Below, piece by piece: positions 25,423 to 39,800 of a DNA stretch of 64,000 nucleotides. Position 1 is the stretch's first letter; every line of letters begins with the position of its first letter. The notes beneath the pieces were generated by a model, which worked only from the letters and a program-made list of their open reading frames with translations, did not search any database and was not told where the DNA came from. Source of the DNA: Okamejei kenojei (Eukaryota); assembly GCA_035221665.1 (NCBI GenBank), contig CM069134.1:23064001-23128000 (forward strand), written 5' to 3'. Both the position numbers and the translations under genes were made by a program.

Positions 25423-28145
25423 CTGTAATTAAAATTATAATGGAGGTTAGGACAACAGATTAAAAACGGTTCAGGATTTGTTTAGGGGAAATGATTACTG
25501 CATTCTGTACCTTGTACTTCACAGAGAGTTAAAAAGAAACAAAATACAAAATGTGCTCCAGTATTGATTTCAATGCTTCCACTTTGCATTGGAAGATGAA
25601 CTATTTTCTAAATACTACTCGCCACTTGTAAATCTGCATTAATATTTAATTGCATGCCAGGATGCAAAATCTTATTAATGTTGAGCTTTAGATGTTTTTG
25701 CATAACAATCATTAAAATGATTATTGAACATATATCTACATGTGTTCAGATAAATAGCAATAGAGAATTGATAGTTTAATTGTTCACAGTATTTTATTGA
25801 TCTTGCATAATTGAACATAGCCAAGCCCAATATTTACAGAATGCCAAAATTTAAAATTGAAACCTTTTAGCTCTCAGGTAATATTGATCTGAGAATGTAT
25901 GATAAATTTCAGAGTACCTATAGGGGGCAGTCTTTTAGATATAATGTAATATTTCTTCAAACGCCGCACCGTTAACACCCTTTTAAAATGTTTGCTAAGG
26001 AACGATTACACTGCATACTTCCATTCATATCTTTATTTAAATCTATAAATACAAAAGCCGACACCAATTTAAATAGTTATGCGTTCTTCCAAGCTGTAAT
26101 GGTGCTGGATTAATCAGTTTATGCAGTTAGCTGCACAGCTAAGGTTATGCAGCACTAATCCATGAAATGCCCACTGTTCCTTTTCATCCTGTGATCATTT
26201 GTCTCTCACTGTGTTGATGTCACATTTTAATGAATTTTTAGCAGTCTGAGTAATGCCAGATAACCAGGCCTGCAACTCCCACAGCACTGCATGCTGCGTT
26301 CATCGCATTGCAAAATAAAAATCATATTTGCAGGTCCCGGTAGGAATTAAACAAATTGGGAGATGGAAGGAAAATGGTGCCATGTCCTGTCGATCACGGC
26401 AAAAGACTGCACTCATCAGATTCATAAAAACTTAATAACCATAAGAATTGACCCTGAGGAGGCGAACAGGTCCCGAGCACACTGACATATAGCCCCCCAG
26501 TCCTTGTTTGATAAGCAATGCCTTTGTTAACTGACTAAGACAAGTTAACCCCTTAAGTTCCATATCACTGTATCATTTTGCATTTAAGCACAATGCATCA
26601 ACTCAGGAATAAATATAATATAACATTTTCATTGCAAATGCTACAGTGATTGAAGAGGGGAAAATGAGCACAGTCTGAATGCTATGTTTTATTGATAGTG
26701 TTCTGACAGCAGGATGAAATATTCCCTGTTATATGCAGCAGATGGTTGCAAAAATTGCTAGTTTAGCATTAAGATGACTTTTGGGTGACAGCATTCCAAA
26801 ATTCTGAAATGCAGAAATAATAAAGCTGAGTGCTGTGCTCAATCAACGGATTAAAAATATTCTACACGGATATAAAATGCTATGTTTGCTTTTACACACA
26901 AGCACAGATTGTTTAATTTTCCTTTAGCAATCTGAAATCACTTCGGTTTATTTGCTGTACATATTAGAAATGATTCAAGTAGGTTTTGCCTTCACACAAA
27001 GCCAAGGAATGGGATAATTTTAAACTGATCTCTTTTAATCCATCTCAAGGGTATGTTAAAAACAGATTGATCTAAATTGATTTGTACCTCGATGTGCACA
27101 GATTAACCCGGTTCAGAGTGATTAGAATTGGTTTCCAAACTCTATTAGACTGCATGTGCATCCTCCTATTTGCCTCTATGGCAGCATCGTTATATTATAC
27201 CAATCCTGATTGTTAATCAAAGAGAAGATTCTGCAAGCTCACTGGTCACAGTAGGTGGACAGGGATGTATTTGTAAAGGTGGTAGGGGATCACAGTTTGG
27301 AATGCTGAGTCTCTCTGATCATACCTGATAGTGCTGTTTAATACCGAGTGTACACACTGCTCACATCCAGCATCGGGGCCTGGAGCCTAAGCAAGCTTGC
27401 AAAAAGACCTTTCTTTCTCATCCTCGGGAATTTGCACATTGTTCTTTCACTGGATTTACTGACCCATTTCCCGTGGGCGAGGAAATGAAGTGTCACAAAG
27501 TGTCCCTACCTTCAGGGGACATGAAATTTTCAAGGCGATCACGCCACACATTAATAAAACATGGTGTGTTAAAAGGCAAATTATGAACCCAGTAAGAGTG
27601 ACTATCATCTGGGTCTCATCAGTCAGTTTGCTCAGCCCTCTTCTGCCTTTCTGGTATGTGTTTTAAGAGCAAGAGAAATTCCCAGACATATTCTCCTATA
27701 CATCATCATGGAGTCTGACCCTGGCCTGACCCTCACAACAGTTTGACTAATCTTAACGTGAACAAAGACTCTGTATCAACAGCACAGAGCAACTGTGGGA
27801 TAGACTCCCCATCAACTTAATAGCAAACAGCAGTGCTGAGGCTATAACTTTACAAGGTTCCTGCATGCCACAAACAAATAAAACGTCTGAGGCAAACTGT
27901 CCACCAGATACATACTTCTGTCCTTTCAGTGCTCAAATGCACTAAAGGAAAAACATTTGTGAAGGAGCAGCTGAGGCTCGATAGAAACTAAAAGCTGTTT
28001 ACAGAAAAGCAGGCGTATTTTGAACCCTAAACCCATTGTTCAGTTATTGTTAATTCAACACCATGTGTATCAAAATGTTAAATCCTGCTAGTGAAATATT
28101 TTTATAATCAGGAAAGAAATATCTCATCTGGATTGGTAATGAAGT

Positions 28146-28610
28146 GCGTAGGAAGGAACTGCAGATGCTCGTTTACACCGAAAGACCGAAAATGCTGGAG
28201 TAACTCAGCGGGACAGGCAGCATCTCTGGAGAGTAGGAATGGGTGACGTTTCGGGTCGAGACCATGACCCCACAGATGAGCACCAGGCCGTAATCTCTCA
28301 GACAATTTCTGATTTTATCACTTCCAGCTGTCTGCCCTCCACAGCCTTATAGTTCCCCATCCCCCATCCTCGTTCTCCACCTAGTTTCACTGTACTCATT
28401 AAATTTCACTGATTCTATGCCTCGTTGTCAAACTTCCCCTCAGCAAACAATGATCCATGCTACATTTTCTTTGATCATCGTCCCCTAATATCCCTATTTC
28501 TCCCTCTCCCCTAAATCTTAGTCTGAAGGGTTTTGACACAAACGTTATCCATTCTACAGAGATGTTGCCTGTCCTGCTGAGTTACTCCAGCATTTTGTGT
28601 CTATCTTTTG
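28146..28610. mobile_element. Inverted pair of Penelope-derived repeats
   Basis: Minus copy 28146-28262 and plus copy about 28320-28610 similar to 55430-55770. Confidence 0.7.
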
Positions 28611-28887
28611 GTAATGAAGTGTTCAGTTCTGACATCTAAAAATAACCCTGATTTTTCTCATTGTGTTGACTACTTAATGCGAGGTTATGTGCTGCACAAA
28701 TGAAAAAGAAAATGGTGGTCAAGTAATATTTCCTTGACTGCAAGGAAAAGATTGAAGTGTATCAAATTATTGGCTGAAGAAGGCCATGGCAATTTATATG
28801 CCTAATACGGTTCTCTTTAGAGAGTTGGAGTCTATCAAGGCCACAGACCCAAAAAAGAGTTGAGAGTAGTTTTCAATGCAACAACAC

Positions 28888-29900
28888 AATAGGAACAGGA
28901 ATTTGCCACCAGGCTCCTCTTACCCGTCCCTCCATTCAATCGAATCATGGCTGATCGATGCTGGCCTCACCACCTCTTCATCATGACCCTAATTCATTGA
29001 TTTTTCAAATACTTAACTATCTCCAGCTTAAATGCATCTAATAATCTGGCCTCCTCCTTCCTTGGGGACAGATAATTCCAGGGATTCGCAAGCCTCTGAG
29101 AAGAAATTTCTCTGAATTGTCGTTTCGTGTGACTGGAACTTTACTTTGTAGCCATGACTCTCTCGCTAGAGTGAACATCTCAACATCTCCCCTGTTAAAT
29201 CCCTTTAGGATCACATACGTTTGAGTAAGGTCATCCTTCATTCTACTAAACTCCAAAGAATACAGACTCAAACTGTGAGGATTCTCTTGATCAGCCAACC
29301 CACTCATCCCAGAAGTTACCTTGGGGAAACTCCCTTGGTCTGCCTCCAACATTACTATATCCATTTTGTAGGTAAGGGAACCAAAACAATGAACAGTAAT
29401 CCAGGTTTGACCTCACCAACACCGTCTACAACTGAAACAAAGCCTAGCTGTTCTTAAATTCTAATCCTTTTGCAATAAACTGCTGGTTGAACCTGCCTGC
29501 TAACTTTGTGATTGATGCCCTGGAACATGGACCCTCTGAAATTCACTTATTTACAGCCTCTCTCTCCATTTAGATAATAATCCGCCTTTTTAATCCCTGT
29601 ACATTCCTCTTCATGACCTCGCACTTCCCCACATTAAGCTCCATTTGACATGTTTTTGCTCAATTACTCAATCCATCTATATCCTGCTGCAGAATTACAA
29701 TATCCTCATCATAACATGCCCTTCCACTTATTTTCGTATCAGCAGCAAACTTGGAAATCTAACATTTCGTCCTTTCTCCAGGTCATTAATGTAAATGGAA
29801 AACAATTGTGGGCCAAGAAAAGATCCCTGAGGCATTCCACTGGTTACATCCCTCCAGCCAGAAAACAACCCATTTATTCCAACTCTTTGTTTTCTATATG
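28888..29900 (-). mobile_element. Old decayed CR1 LINE fragment
   Basis: aggaacaggaatttgcc tail, DLTQTYVILKGFNR remnant, RT-region remnants. Confidence 0.65.
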
Positions 29901-31039
29901 ACAGCATAAGAGTTTATTACACGCATGGGAAAAATATACACACACTGCCATGTTGAATATTGAAGCTTTCGATTCTCTTAATTATAATTGAATTTACTTA
30001 ACAAAGCTATGTTAGGTGATCTCCAAAGCGAGTTTAATGATATTATGTTGTCCTTTTTTTAAAAAAAACAGTAATCACATTCTCACAAATGTACCCATCA
30101 TCGTGAGCTTTTGCTTTAACAGTTATTTAAAAAACATTTTTTAATGTAATTAGGAAAACTGATGGTTTATGTACATATTATTCTCAAGATAAAATGCACA
30201 GAAAAATGAGATTTGAGGAACTTTGATGACAAAAAGGGGCCCCAAAACATATTCCGATTATGCCTACAGAACCACAATAGTAAATATCAAAATAACATTA
30301 ACATTTGTCTTGTTAAGTTTAACAATGTGAACAATTTCAACAACTGAGTTCTAATTAGTTAATTGTGAAAATCCAATTCTAACTAATTTCAATATTGTTA
30401 AACTATTTTTCTGCGCATGTTATTGGGAGGAAATGCTCAATTAATTTACAAAGATAGACACAAAGTGCTGGAGGAACTCAGCGGGTCACACAGCATTTCT
30501 GGAGATTTTACAAAGTCCACAAGTTTAATTATAAAGATTTGAAAGATTTTCCTCTCCTTCTACACATTTAACTCTGCACCCACACCCCATATACCCTCAA
30601 TCCAATCACCGCTCAGTGTCATTGATCAATGGGAGATAAATTTCTAGAGGCTGGCGGTTGTCCCTCTGCCCTCAAGGTACTCCTCCCGTTATAGACAGAA
30701 CACTGTAAAACAGCAAATGGTTCGATCCTTGGTCACAATCAACAATCTTCCTCTTTCCACCAGATACTGATCAATAGCTCCCTCAGGAGAATCAAGTTCA
30801 AATGTCATCTTCATATGAAAATTGCTCTGTATTCTGACCCCGTGAATGAATATTCTTCTTCCCTTTGTAGTTTTAAGGACCTTCCACAGCACGACATTCT
30901 TTTAAACACAGCATCTTTGTTTTTTGTTGTCAAAGATGAATAACAGGACAAAGACTGGAATACAACCACTATACTGACATCTAGAAAATGCACTGCAACG
31001 ACTTGCCTAGTCTTACTGCAACAACATGTCCCAAACTGA

Positions 31040-31402
31040 TGGACACAAAGTGCTGGAGTAACTCAGTGGGTCAAGCAGCATCTCAGGAGAACATTAGTAG
31101 ATGATGTTTTGGGTAGGGACCCGTATTTAAACTGATGCAGAAGATGGACACAAAAAGCTGGCGTAACTCAACGGGATAGGCAGCATCTCTGGAGAGAAGG
31201 AATGGGTGCCGCTTTTTGTGTCTATCAGGTTTAAAGCAGCATCTACAGTTCCTTCCTACACATTTAGACTGATGCAGTTTGAAGTAGTCTGAATCAGACT
31301 AAAACTTCACCTGTCCATCTTTTCCCTAGAGAAGATGCTCGACTCAGAGTTACTCCAGCACTTGGGTCCTTTTGTGTAAACCAGCATCTGCAGTTCCTTG
31401 TT
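31040..31402. mobile_element. Cluster of Penelope-derived short repeats in both orientations
   Basis: Repeated gacacaaa..gctgg..taactca..cagcatctc and reverse complements. Confidence 0.65.
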
Positions 31403-31696
31403 TCGGCATGTCTCAAACCCGCAGGGACTCCTACCGTTAAATAGGACAAAGGCACCAGGCATCTGGGTACACCACCACCATTTGATTCCCCTCCATGTCC
31501 TATCCTGACCTGAGCATATATTACCGGTGCCAACATCCTGCAATTGTCTACCTAAAGCCACTGTGGCAACACCTTCAGTTGAATGACTATAGCTGTTTGA
31601 AGAGGAGACTTGACACCACCTCCTCATGGGTTATACGAGATGGGCAATAAATGCTGGTCTTCCCAGTTACAAATGAATTATAACTTTACAAGATTA

Positions 31697-32240
31697 TCAT
31701 AGAATCATAGAAAATAGGTGCAGGAGTAGGCCATTCGGCCCTTCGAGCCTGCTCCGCCATGCAATATGATCATGGCTGATCATCCAACTCAGTATCCTGT
31801 ACCTGCCTTCTCTCCATACCCCCTGATCCCTTCAGCCACATGGGCCACATCTAACTCCCTCTTAAATATAGCCAATGAACTGGCCTCAACTACCTTCTGT
31901 GGCAGAGAATTCCACAGACTCAACACTCTCTGTGTGAAAAATGATCTTCTCATCTCGGTCCTAAAAGACTTCCCCCTTATCCTTAAACTGTGACCCCTTG
32001 TTCTGGAGTTCCCCAACATCGGGAACAATCTTCCTGCATCTAGCCTGTCCAACCCCTTAAGAATTTTGTAAGCCTCTATAAGATCCCCAATCAATCTCCT
32101 AAATTCCAGTCAGTACAAGCCGAGTCTATCCAGTCTTTCTTCATATGGAAGTCCTGCCATCCCAGGAATCAGTCTGGTGAATCTTCTCTGTACTCCCTCT
32201 ATGGCAAGAATGTCTTTCCTCAGATTAGGAGACCAAAACG
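31697..32240 (-). mobile_element. Relatively young CR1 LINE 3' fragment (ORF2 C-terminus)
   Basis: GDLIEAYKILKGLDRLDAGRLFP..RTRGHSLRIRGKSFRTEMRRSFFTQRVLSLWNSLP; tail atcatagaatcatagaa. Confidence 0.88.
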
Positions 32241-32367
32241 TTGTTATGTGGTAAGGTCATGGAAATGATTATCTTCATGCAAGTAATAAATAAATTAATG
32301 TTTTAATGCAAAATCCTGAAGATCGTATTTATTCCACCTTCAGAGGGGAAGAGTTAGATTTAACTCT

Positions 32368-32510
32368 TAGGGATAAAGGAATCAAGGGATATGAAGAAAA
32401 AGCAGGAACGGGGTACTGATTTTAGGTGATCAGCCATGATCATATTGAATGGTGGTGCTGGCTCGAAGGGTCGAATGGCCTACTCCTGCATCTATTTTTC
32501 TATGTATCCA
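32368..32510 (+). mobile_element. CR1 3' tail fragment
   Basis: gatcagccatgatcatattgaatggtgg..gaatggcctactcctgcatctatttttctatg. Confidence 0.75.
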
Positions 32511-33711
32511 TGATTCTAAGATCTATTATTGCACTGGCTTCATTTTTTATTCTTAATTTTATAATAATGCGTGATGCTACACCTCAAACTATTAAAGCTA
32601 CAGTTTTCTGTCTCCAAAGGCAAACTCTGTTAAGGTCGAGGGCTTACTGTCGAAAGCCAATGATAAAAGTTACAACTTCCAAGTGAATGTTATTCCTAAT
32701 ATACACCTCCATATTATCTTTGGGAACAGTGAATTGCGTGAATTATGATGAAGTTCATGAATACATGAATCCACATAACTTAGGGTTTTTTTTAAAGATA
32801 CAAGCAATTTTTGGTCTTCAACATTATGTGACTGCTTCTTATCGATGATAGTTTAAAGGATGTACTCCACAAATTACATCTGACAACAAAATCCACTAAT
32901 GATTTTCAATACTGCAGTCACTTACTATCATGCTGAATCCATAGCTCAGAGATCATGACACAGGTTTTCAAAGGAACAAGTCTTGAATCTTTGCATTCAG
33001 ATTTACTGAATTTTTTACACTGAATTGAACGAGGACGATTTCGGACTTTGATGTAGTGCAATACTATTAGACAGAGAATACTAAATTGGTTGTTCTATCT
33101 AACCACCAAATTTCAAAGAAACTGAAATCAGAAGCACTACAAAGGCTGCAGATTCACCATCACCCATTGTACAACCTCCCACAAAGTCAAAAGCTAGCTT
33201 TGGTCTCAGAGGAACCTGGGAATGAATAATATTTGGCAGTTTTGCATCATCGACACACGTCATTCTTTCAGTGCAGCTACTCCAATGAATGTGTTAGATG
33301 CAGCTACACTCAAAATACATTGGAGTTATCAGGAAGATTTTTCTGTTTGTTCAAAAAAAAAAAATCAGCTGAGATTCAAGGTAATTGCAAAGGAGGGTTG
33401 CAATGGTGAACAAACAAATGATAATAATGCAAGCATTAGGTATGCACATAATGCTTTAAAAGTTCAATCTTTGTACAAAAATGTTGACAACAGGATAAGA
33501 TTTCTTAAGTCAATAAGCTCTAGATTCCCCAAATCTGTGCACTTATTTTCAAAAGAAATATCACTGGCATTATCATAGAAAATCATACTTCAAAATTCTT
33601 CACTTTCCCCATTCAAAAGTAACTGGGTGGATATGGTGGCATGCCAATTTGGGGGGGGTGGGGGTGTCGGGGAAGAAATATACGTTGATATAAACAAGTA
33701 CACAAATAAAG

Positions 33712-33915
33712 TTATAGACATACAGCACGGATATAGGGTCTTTACCCCCAACTCATCCATGCTGACCAAGATGCTCCACCAAGCTAGTTTTCCCGCATAT
33801 GACAAATATCCATCTTCCAACCTTTCCTATCCATGTACCTGAGTATCCGCTAAATGCTGTTATAGTACCTGCTTCAAATATCTCCTCTGGAAGCTCCTTC
33901 CATATACCTCCCACC
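33712..33915 (-). mobile_element. CR1/HER1 3' fragment
   Basis: catacagcacggatatagg..cctatccatgtacctg. Confidence 0.7.
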
Positions 33916-34179
33916 AGATACTGGATATATACTTTGTAATTTTGTTGTGGTTTGATTTACTTTGCTCAATTGCCTTTGGTGATATAATTGCAGAATCTAT
34001 AACAAGATTCAAAAGCTAAACCAGTCAGCATTATATCAGTGCTGTTACTTCGAGAGAGTACTTTTAACTTTAGCATGATACTGCATTTTTTTATTACCAT
34101 CGGATTTTCACAGCAGAGGCAAATCAATAGTTTGGGATGGTGGCTCCATTCAAGATCATAACTTTAGAGTCATAGCTGA

Positions 34180-34640
34180 CAGCACAGTGGGACTGCTAGA
34201 TGAGCTGCTTGCCTCACAGATTCAAAACCCAGGTTCATTCCTAACCTCTGGTGCTCGCTAGACGGTGTTTGCACGTTCTCCCTGTGAAGACGTAGATAGA
34301 TAGATACTTTATTGTCATATGGTACAGTGAAATTCTTTGTTTTTGTATGCACATTACACAAAAGAGTCGCCACAAGGCGCAGACAAAGTTCCCTTAAATA
34401 TTGTTGGTCCCTTCATTGTCTTTGGATCTCCTCCCAGTGCTCCAGTTTCCACCCACATCCCAAAGCCATGCAAGTTGGAAGGTTAATTATCCACAGTTAG
34501 TTGCCCCTACAGTGTAGGTGAGTGGTAGAATCTGGAGAGAGCTGATGGGAATATGGTGAGCATGTTGAGATTTCTGCCAATGGGTAGAAAGTGTTGAGTG
34601 TTCACTCAAAAGTTCTATTTGCATGCTCTATGATTCTATA
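34180..34640 (+). mobile_element. V-SINE interrupted by a minus-strand LINE-tail insertion (about 34292-34420)
   Basis: V-domain split between ttgcacgttctccctgtg and ctcccagtgctccagtttcc; insert begins (taga)n ctttattgtca. Confidence 0.65.
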
Positions 34641-35209
34641 CTTTGATAGCCTAACAGCCTTATTAATTTGGAATTTTATACTGGAGCAGGCTGATCTATG
34701 ATATTATGATTAAGTGAGAGTTTTCCCTGGATATCTCAGATTCTTTTTACTGAAATATCCATAAGGTGTGTGCTTTTCTTTTAATAAAATTGCACATTGG
34801 AAAAAAAAAAATCAGTTGCTGCAAATGAATATATATCCTAATGGCTTAGAAACAAGAGCGATACTATTAACTTCAGCAGATCCTTCAGCTGAAAAGAAAT
34901 AAGAAAATGTCAAATAAATTTGTATATTTTTCTCCTAGATATGCAGTTTGCAGTGAAAGGTGTCTAGAAACAGATGGGCTAAATTTGGAGAGGCGTCAAA
35001 AATGGACCTTGGGTTGGCAAAGCATGTTTAAAATCACACCTGTCTATTGTACTGCACTAGTGCTCCAATTTCATGTTAGCTGCTCATTTACATCCTTGCT
35101 GAACACAGCTCATGCTGACTGTGCTGTTCATAATCCAATATTGTGGATTAGTACCAATTAAAGACAGACTGCTGAATTTAAAATCATCTACAGCGAGTGC
35201 TGACTGATG

Positions 35210-36222
35210 GAGTCATAGAGTGATATAGTGTGGAAACAGGCCCTTCCGCCCAATTTGCCCACACCAGCCAACATGTCCCAGCTACACAAGTCCCACTTGC
35301 CAGCATTTGGTCTATATCCCTCCAAATCTGTCCTATCCATGTGCCTGTCTAACTATACTTCTTAAATGCAGGAATAGTCCCTACCTCAACTACCTCCTCT
35401 GGCAGCTTGTTCCATACATCCACCACCCTGTGTGGGAAAAAGTTACCCCTCAGATTCCTATTTTATCTTTTCCCCTTCACCTTAAAATAGTTTCCCAATC
35501 GCATTGGACTTGAGGAAGTGTGAAAACCTTGTTGCACAGGACTAATGGACATCCCTGGCTTTTGAATGTTGTAATAAAGGCATTGGTAGAGAAGGTGTAA
35601 TGTAGGCGAGGGGTCTCAAAGTCCTCACTGGCCGGGACAGCCTGCAGAAGACCATTGCATCGGCAGTGGGAAGAGACATAATGGAGTCAATAACCGGTAT
35701 TAAAGCCAGAGCAACAGGTGGACAAAATACTTCCCAAACACCCTGGTTTGGAAAAGTGTCCTGATGAGAAAGCTGGAAAGGATGCAGAGAAGATTTGCAT
35801 GGATGTTGCCAGGACTCAAAGGCCTGAGCGATAGGGAAAGGTTGACCAGGCTACGGCTCTATTCCTTGAAGCACAGGAGAATGAGGGGCGATCTTATACT
35901 GTACCAAATCCGTGAGAGGAATAGATTTGGTAAATGCACAGAGTTTCTTGTCCAGAGTAGGGGAATCAAGAACCAGAGGACTAGGTTTAAGGTGAGGGGG
36001 GAAAAAAATTAATAGGAACTTGAAGGCTACCTTTTTCATAAGTGTACGGAACGAGTTGCCATAGGAGGTAGTTGAGGCAGGTAGTATCGCAATGTTTAAG
36101 AAATATTTGGACAGGTACATGGATAGGACTGGTTTAGAGGGATATGGGCCAAATGCAAGGAGATGGGACTAGTGAAATGGGACATGTTGATCAGTGTGGG
36201 CAAGTTAGGCTGATGGGCCTAT
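35210..36222. mobile_element. Head-to-head CR1/HER1 3' fragments (minus 35210-35485, plus 35755-36222)
   Basis: KLERMQRRFAWMLPGLKGLS..RMRGDLI on plus; complementary tails. Confidence 0.8.
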
Positions 36223-36329
36223 GAGAAAACTCAGTCTCCTCTTTCATATTTCCTCTTCCAGTAGTTTGATTAATCACCCATTTATGCTGCATACAGTACC
36301 TCAAGAAACACCCATTAACCTCTTATATT

Positions 36330-36800
36330 AGGGATCAATTGTTTTTCTTTCCATACCTTATAATGTATTGATCTCAGATATGAATGTAATCAATGACTGG
36401 ACTTCCAAAACCCCCTAGAGTAGAGAATTCCAAATGATTCTGCATCTTCTTAGTAAGGTAATTTCTCTTCATCTCAGCCCCAAATGGACTACCCTCTATT
36501 TTTGAGACTCTAACCCACAGACCCAATTACCCTTGACAGAGAAAAAATAGTCCCGGCATCCAGCTTGTGAAGTCCTCAAATATTTTACATGTCTCAATTA
36601 GGTCACCTCATTCTTCTAAACTTCGGAATCCATTTGTGGCACTTGATGCACAGATGACAGACTAATCATCTTGAAAACCAACCTGGTGCATCTTCATTGC
36701 ACTTCTTCGACATCAAGTATATCTATTTTGTTTGTCGAGGAGACTAGAATATTAAATAATACTCCAACTGTGGACCCATCAAGCCCCTAAGTAAGTTGTA
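36330..36800 (-). mobile_element. Old CR1 fragment
   Basis: tagagaattccaa..atttctcttcatctcag..ggtcacctcattcttctaaac. Confidence 0.55.
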
Positions 36801-39800
36801 GCGGGTATCAGGTGTCAAGAGTCAAGAGTGTTTTATTGTTATATCCTGAAACGGAACAATGAAATTCTTACTTGCAACAGCACAACAGATATGTAAATAT
36901 AGTCCTCAGTAGATACTATAGTAACCTTGTATACTGAGACATGTTATGGAGTCAAATTTTTGTGTTGTTTTGGTTACTCATACAAAGAGTTTGCTTAGAA
37001 AAACAGAACATTCCCTTCCTCCCATCACAACATTAGACTTTATTAATTTTTAATCCTTCGCTCCATAGATGCTGCCTCAACCACTGACTGTCTCCAGGAT
37101 TTTTGTCTCCCTTAGACTATTAATTTATGCTTAGAAAATTTGAGGGGCAAACTTAAGATGAGGAGTGCTGATCTGCACTAGTTTTGAGATGCTTTTGTGT
37201 GAAATTCTTCCACATAAAGATATTAACCCACACTTGTTTAAACAGTGAGCAGTGCAATGTCGCCTGAAAGCATTAATCGATTTACTTTAATTAATGTATA
37301 TAGGCATCTCAACTTGCTTCAGAAATCTAATGCTTCAAGCAACCTACACATTCCTTCAATGTCGATTCCTTCTCTCATATTGATTTTGCTGAGAATTTGT
37401 ACAGATATACTAATAATGTGCGTTATACATCAGACTGAAAGACTGAAAACCCTCCTTGAACCAAATGTGTTCACTTCAGGTCTTTTTAACGGGACAGGGA
37501 GGATAGCTGGGAGTGATTACAAGGCCGAGATCTCATTTTTGCTTCAGACAATGCCATCAACCACGAGAATGAATTCAAGCAGTTTATAACAATAATTTAA
37601 ACTACTCAATTAAATTGCAACCCTGAAATCCTTCCTCAGTATTTTCCATTATTTGTAAGTATCATTTCAATTTTGTGGGGGTTTAATTCCGGTTTTGGTT
37701 ATTGCTTTTGCTGTTGGTTTTGCCTTCTCAAGCCAATGCCGATAGTTATTATGATTCCTCTACGATCCTTAATATTATTTAATATACCATCATGCTAATT
37801 CATAGTTATTAACAATGACAGCAATTTGCATTCATGTAGCACTGTTAACAAATTAAGAAGGCCCCAATGCACCTCACAGGAATTTTATCAAACAACATTT
37901 GACACTGGTCCAGAGTGAATACACTCAATAAATATTAAGCATAAATATTATATTAAGCATTAGGAACTAATTATTTAGTTTGTTAGTTGATATAAACAAA
38001 GAAGTGTGTTTTTAAAAATATATATTGCATGTCCTTATCCGTTAGATCAGTTTGGCTTCATATTCTGCCCTTTAATAAAAGGTATAATGCATATGGATCA
38101 GGTGATATTTGGTTGTGTATCTACAGTTTTAAGACTTCATTTGTGTTGCTGTTTTTCAGTTATATTTCATCTTGATTCATATATTCCACAAAGTTTTTAC
38201 ATAATAATTACTGTGATGGTAATTGAGAAGACAGATGTGAGTGTTTTTCTCCATTTAAAAAAAAAATGCTACAAAGAGATGAAATGAAAACCCACACATA
38301 AATAATGCAGTAAGGAACTACAGGATTGGGAATACCTCCTGCACACATACAGTATTTGGTCTAAATATCTTTCAGGATTGAGCGACTAGATCTATGGGGA
38401 GGAGCGATAATATTGATAGACAGAAAAGCATACAACTGATCTGATCTGCGATCTGTCAGTGGGTGAACTGAATTTCATATAACTATATTATATAGTCCAC
38501 ATCTACATCTGTACTGTATGCTTTCTTCACTGCACAGTACAGCAACTGATTATCCCAGCCACAACAAGTGACCACATCCATCACTAAGTGCTTCAATTTC
38601 ATTTAAGGTCACAACATTAAGGCAGCAATCACTAATCAGCCATTTTTTTATGTGCACCTCAGAGAAACTAGCCTAACATATCGTGTTCCAATTGAATTAT
38701 ATAAATGCATTTTAAACAGCCTCACAGGTGTCTAATTTGAATAATTGCAGATTATTTTCCCTCAGAATTTTTCACTGAGCTAATGCTTGGCTCAAAAAGG
38801 CTAATTATGATTAATTAACCAGTTAATCCACTATTTGTGGCACGAAATAGCAAATATTCATTTGCCATGCACTGCATTTTTGGGCCAGATCGTTTGAAGA
38901 TTGCAAGATGCCCCTCTGCCAATGTCATAAAAACAGGAGATGTATTTTTGAATGGATGGAATTATTTTCACCACTCAAGCAGCAAAGGAAGAACAAATGA
39001 TCCAAAAACTGCATGCAGTGTCGATGTAATACCTTAATATTCCATTGGTAAATATTTCTGATATCATTGTCCTTGTAATAGAGCAAGTGCCCTGATGGAA
39101 ACAATTATTGCCCCCATACAAAATAAAATCCTTTCTATTTTGATATTTTCTTCCTTCTCTTTTTTTTATTACAGCATGATTTTAAACATCTGTCTTTTAA
39201 TTGTTTCATCTATGCAGAAGCCGAAGGGTAAAAATTCCCACGTGCCCTCCAACGTGACCTGTGGTTAGACAGAAAGCAGTTTTGCCGGTCATCATGCAGT
39301 TTCCTGTCTTTAACTTCTGAAAGCACTGGAAGCCGAGGTTAATGGCCTTTCCAATCTCTGTGATAAGAATTCATTTTGTTCTATTACCAGCAGTTATCGT
39401 GGAGCATGCTGCACCACTTCAGCACAGTTCAATCAATGAGATAACCTAATGAAGTAACCAGCTGTAGCTCTATTTCCCTGGTCAACTCTATCAGACAAAT
39501 AAAATCCATCAGCCAAACGCCAAGCCCTTCCTCCGCAACATCATCTTCATATGCAAAACCCATATGCATCAGAAAGCATAGGTCCTACAGTTGTATTTTA
39601 ATTTTATTTTAGTTGGAATTTTTTTTAAAGAAAGGGGATGCTGAACAAAATGAACTTGACCATGCAGCATCAAAAGTGACAATAGTGCAATGGAAGTTGG
39701 AGAGATGCAAATATTGTCACACCACAGATTTACTTTACTCAAAAAATCTATTGTATTTCATTTTGTTGAAACTATTAATGAATGATAAGCCTGTTTCATA

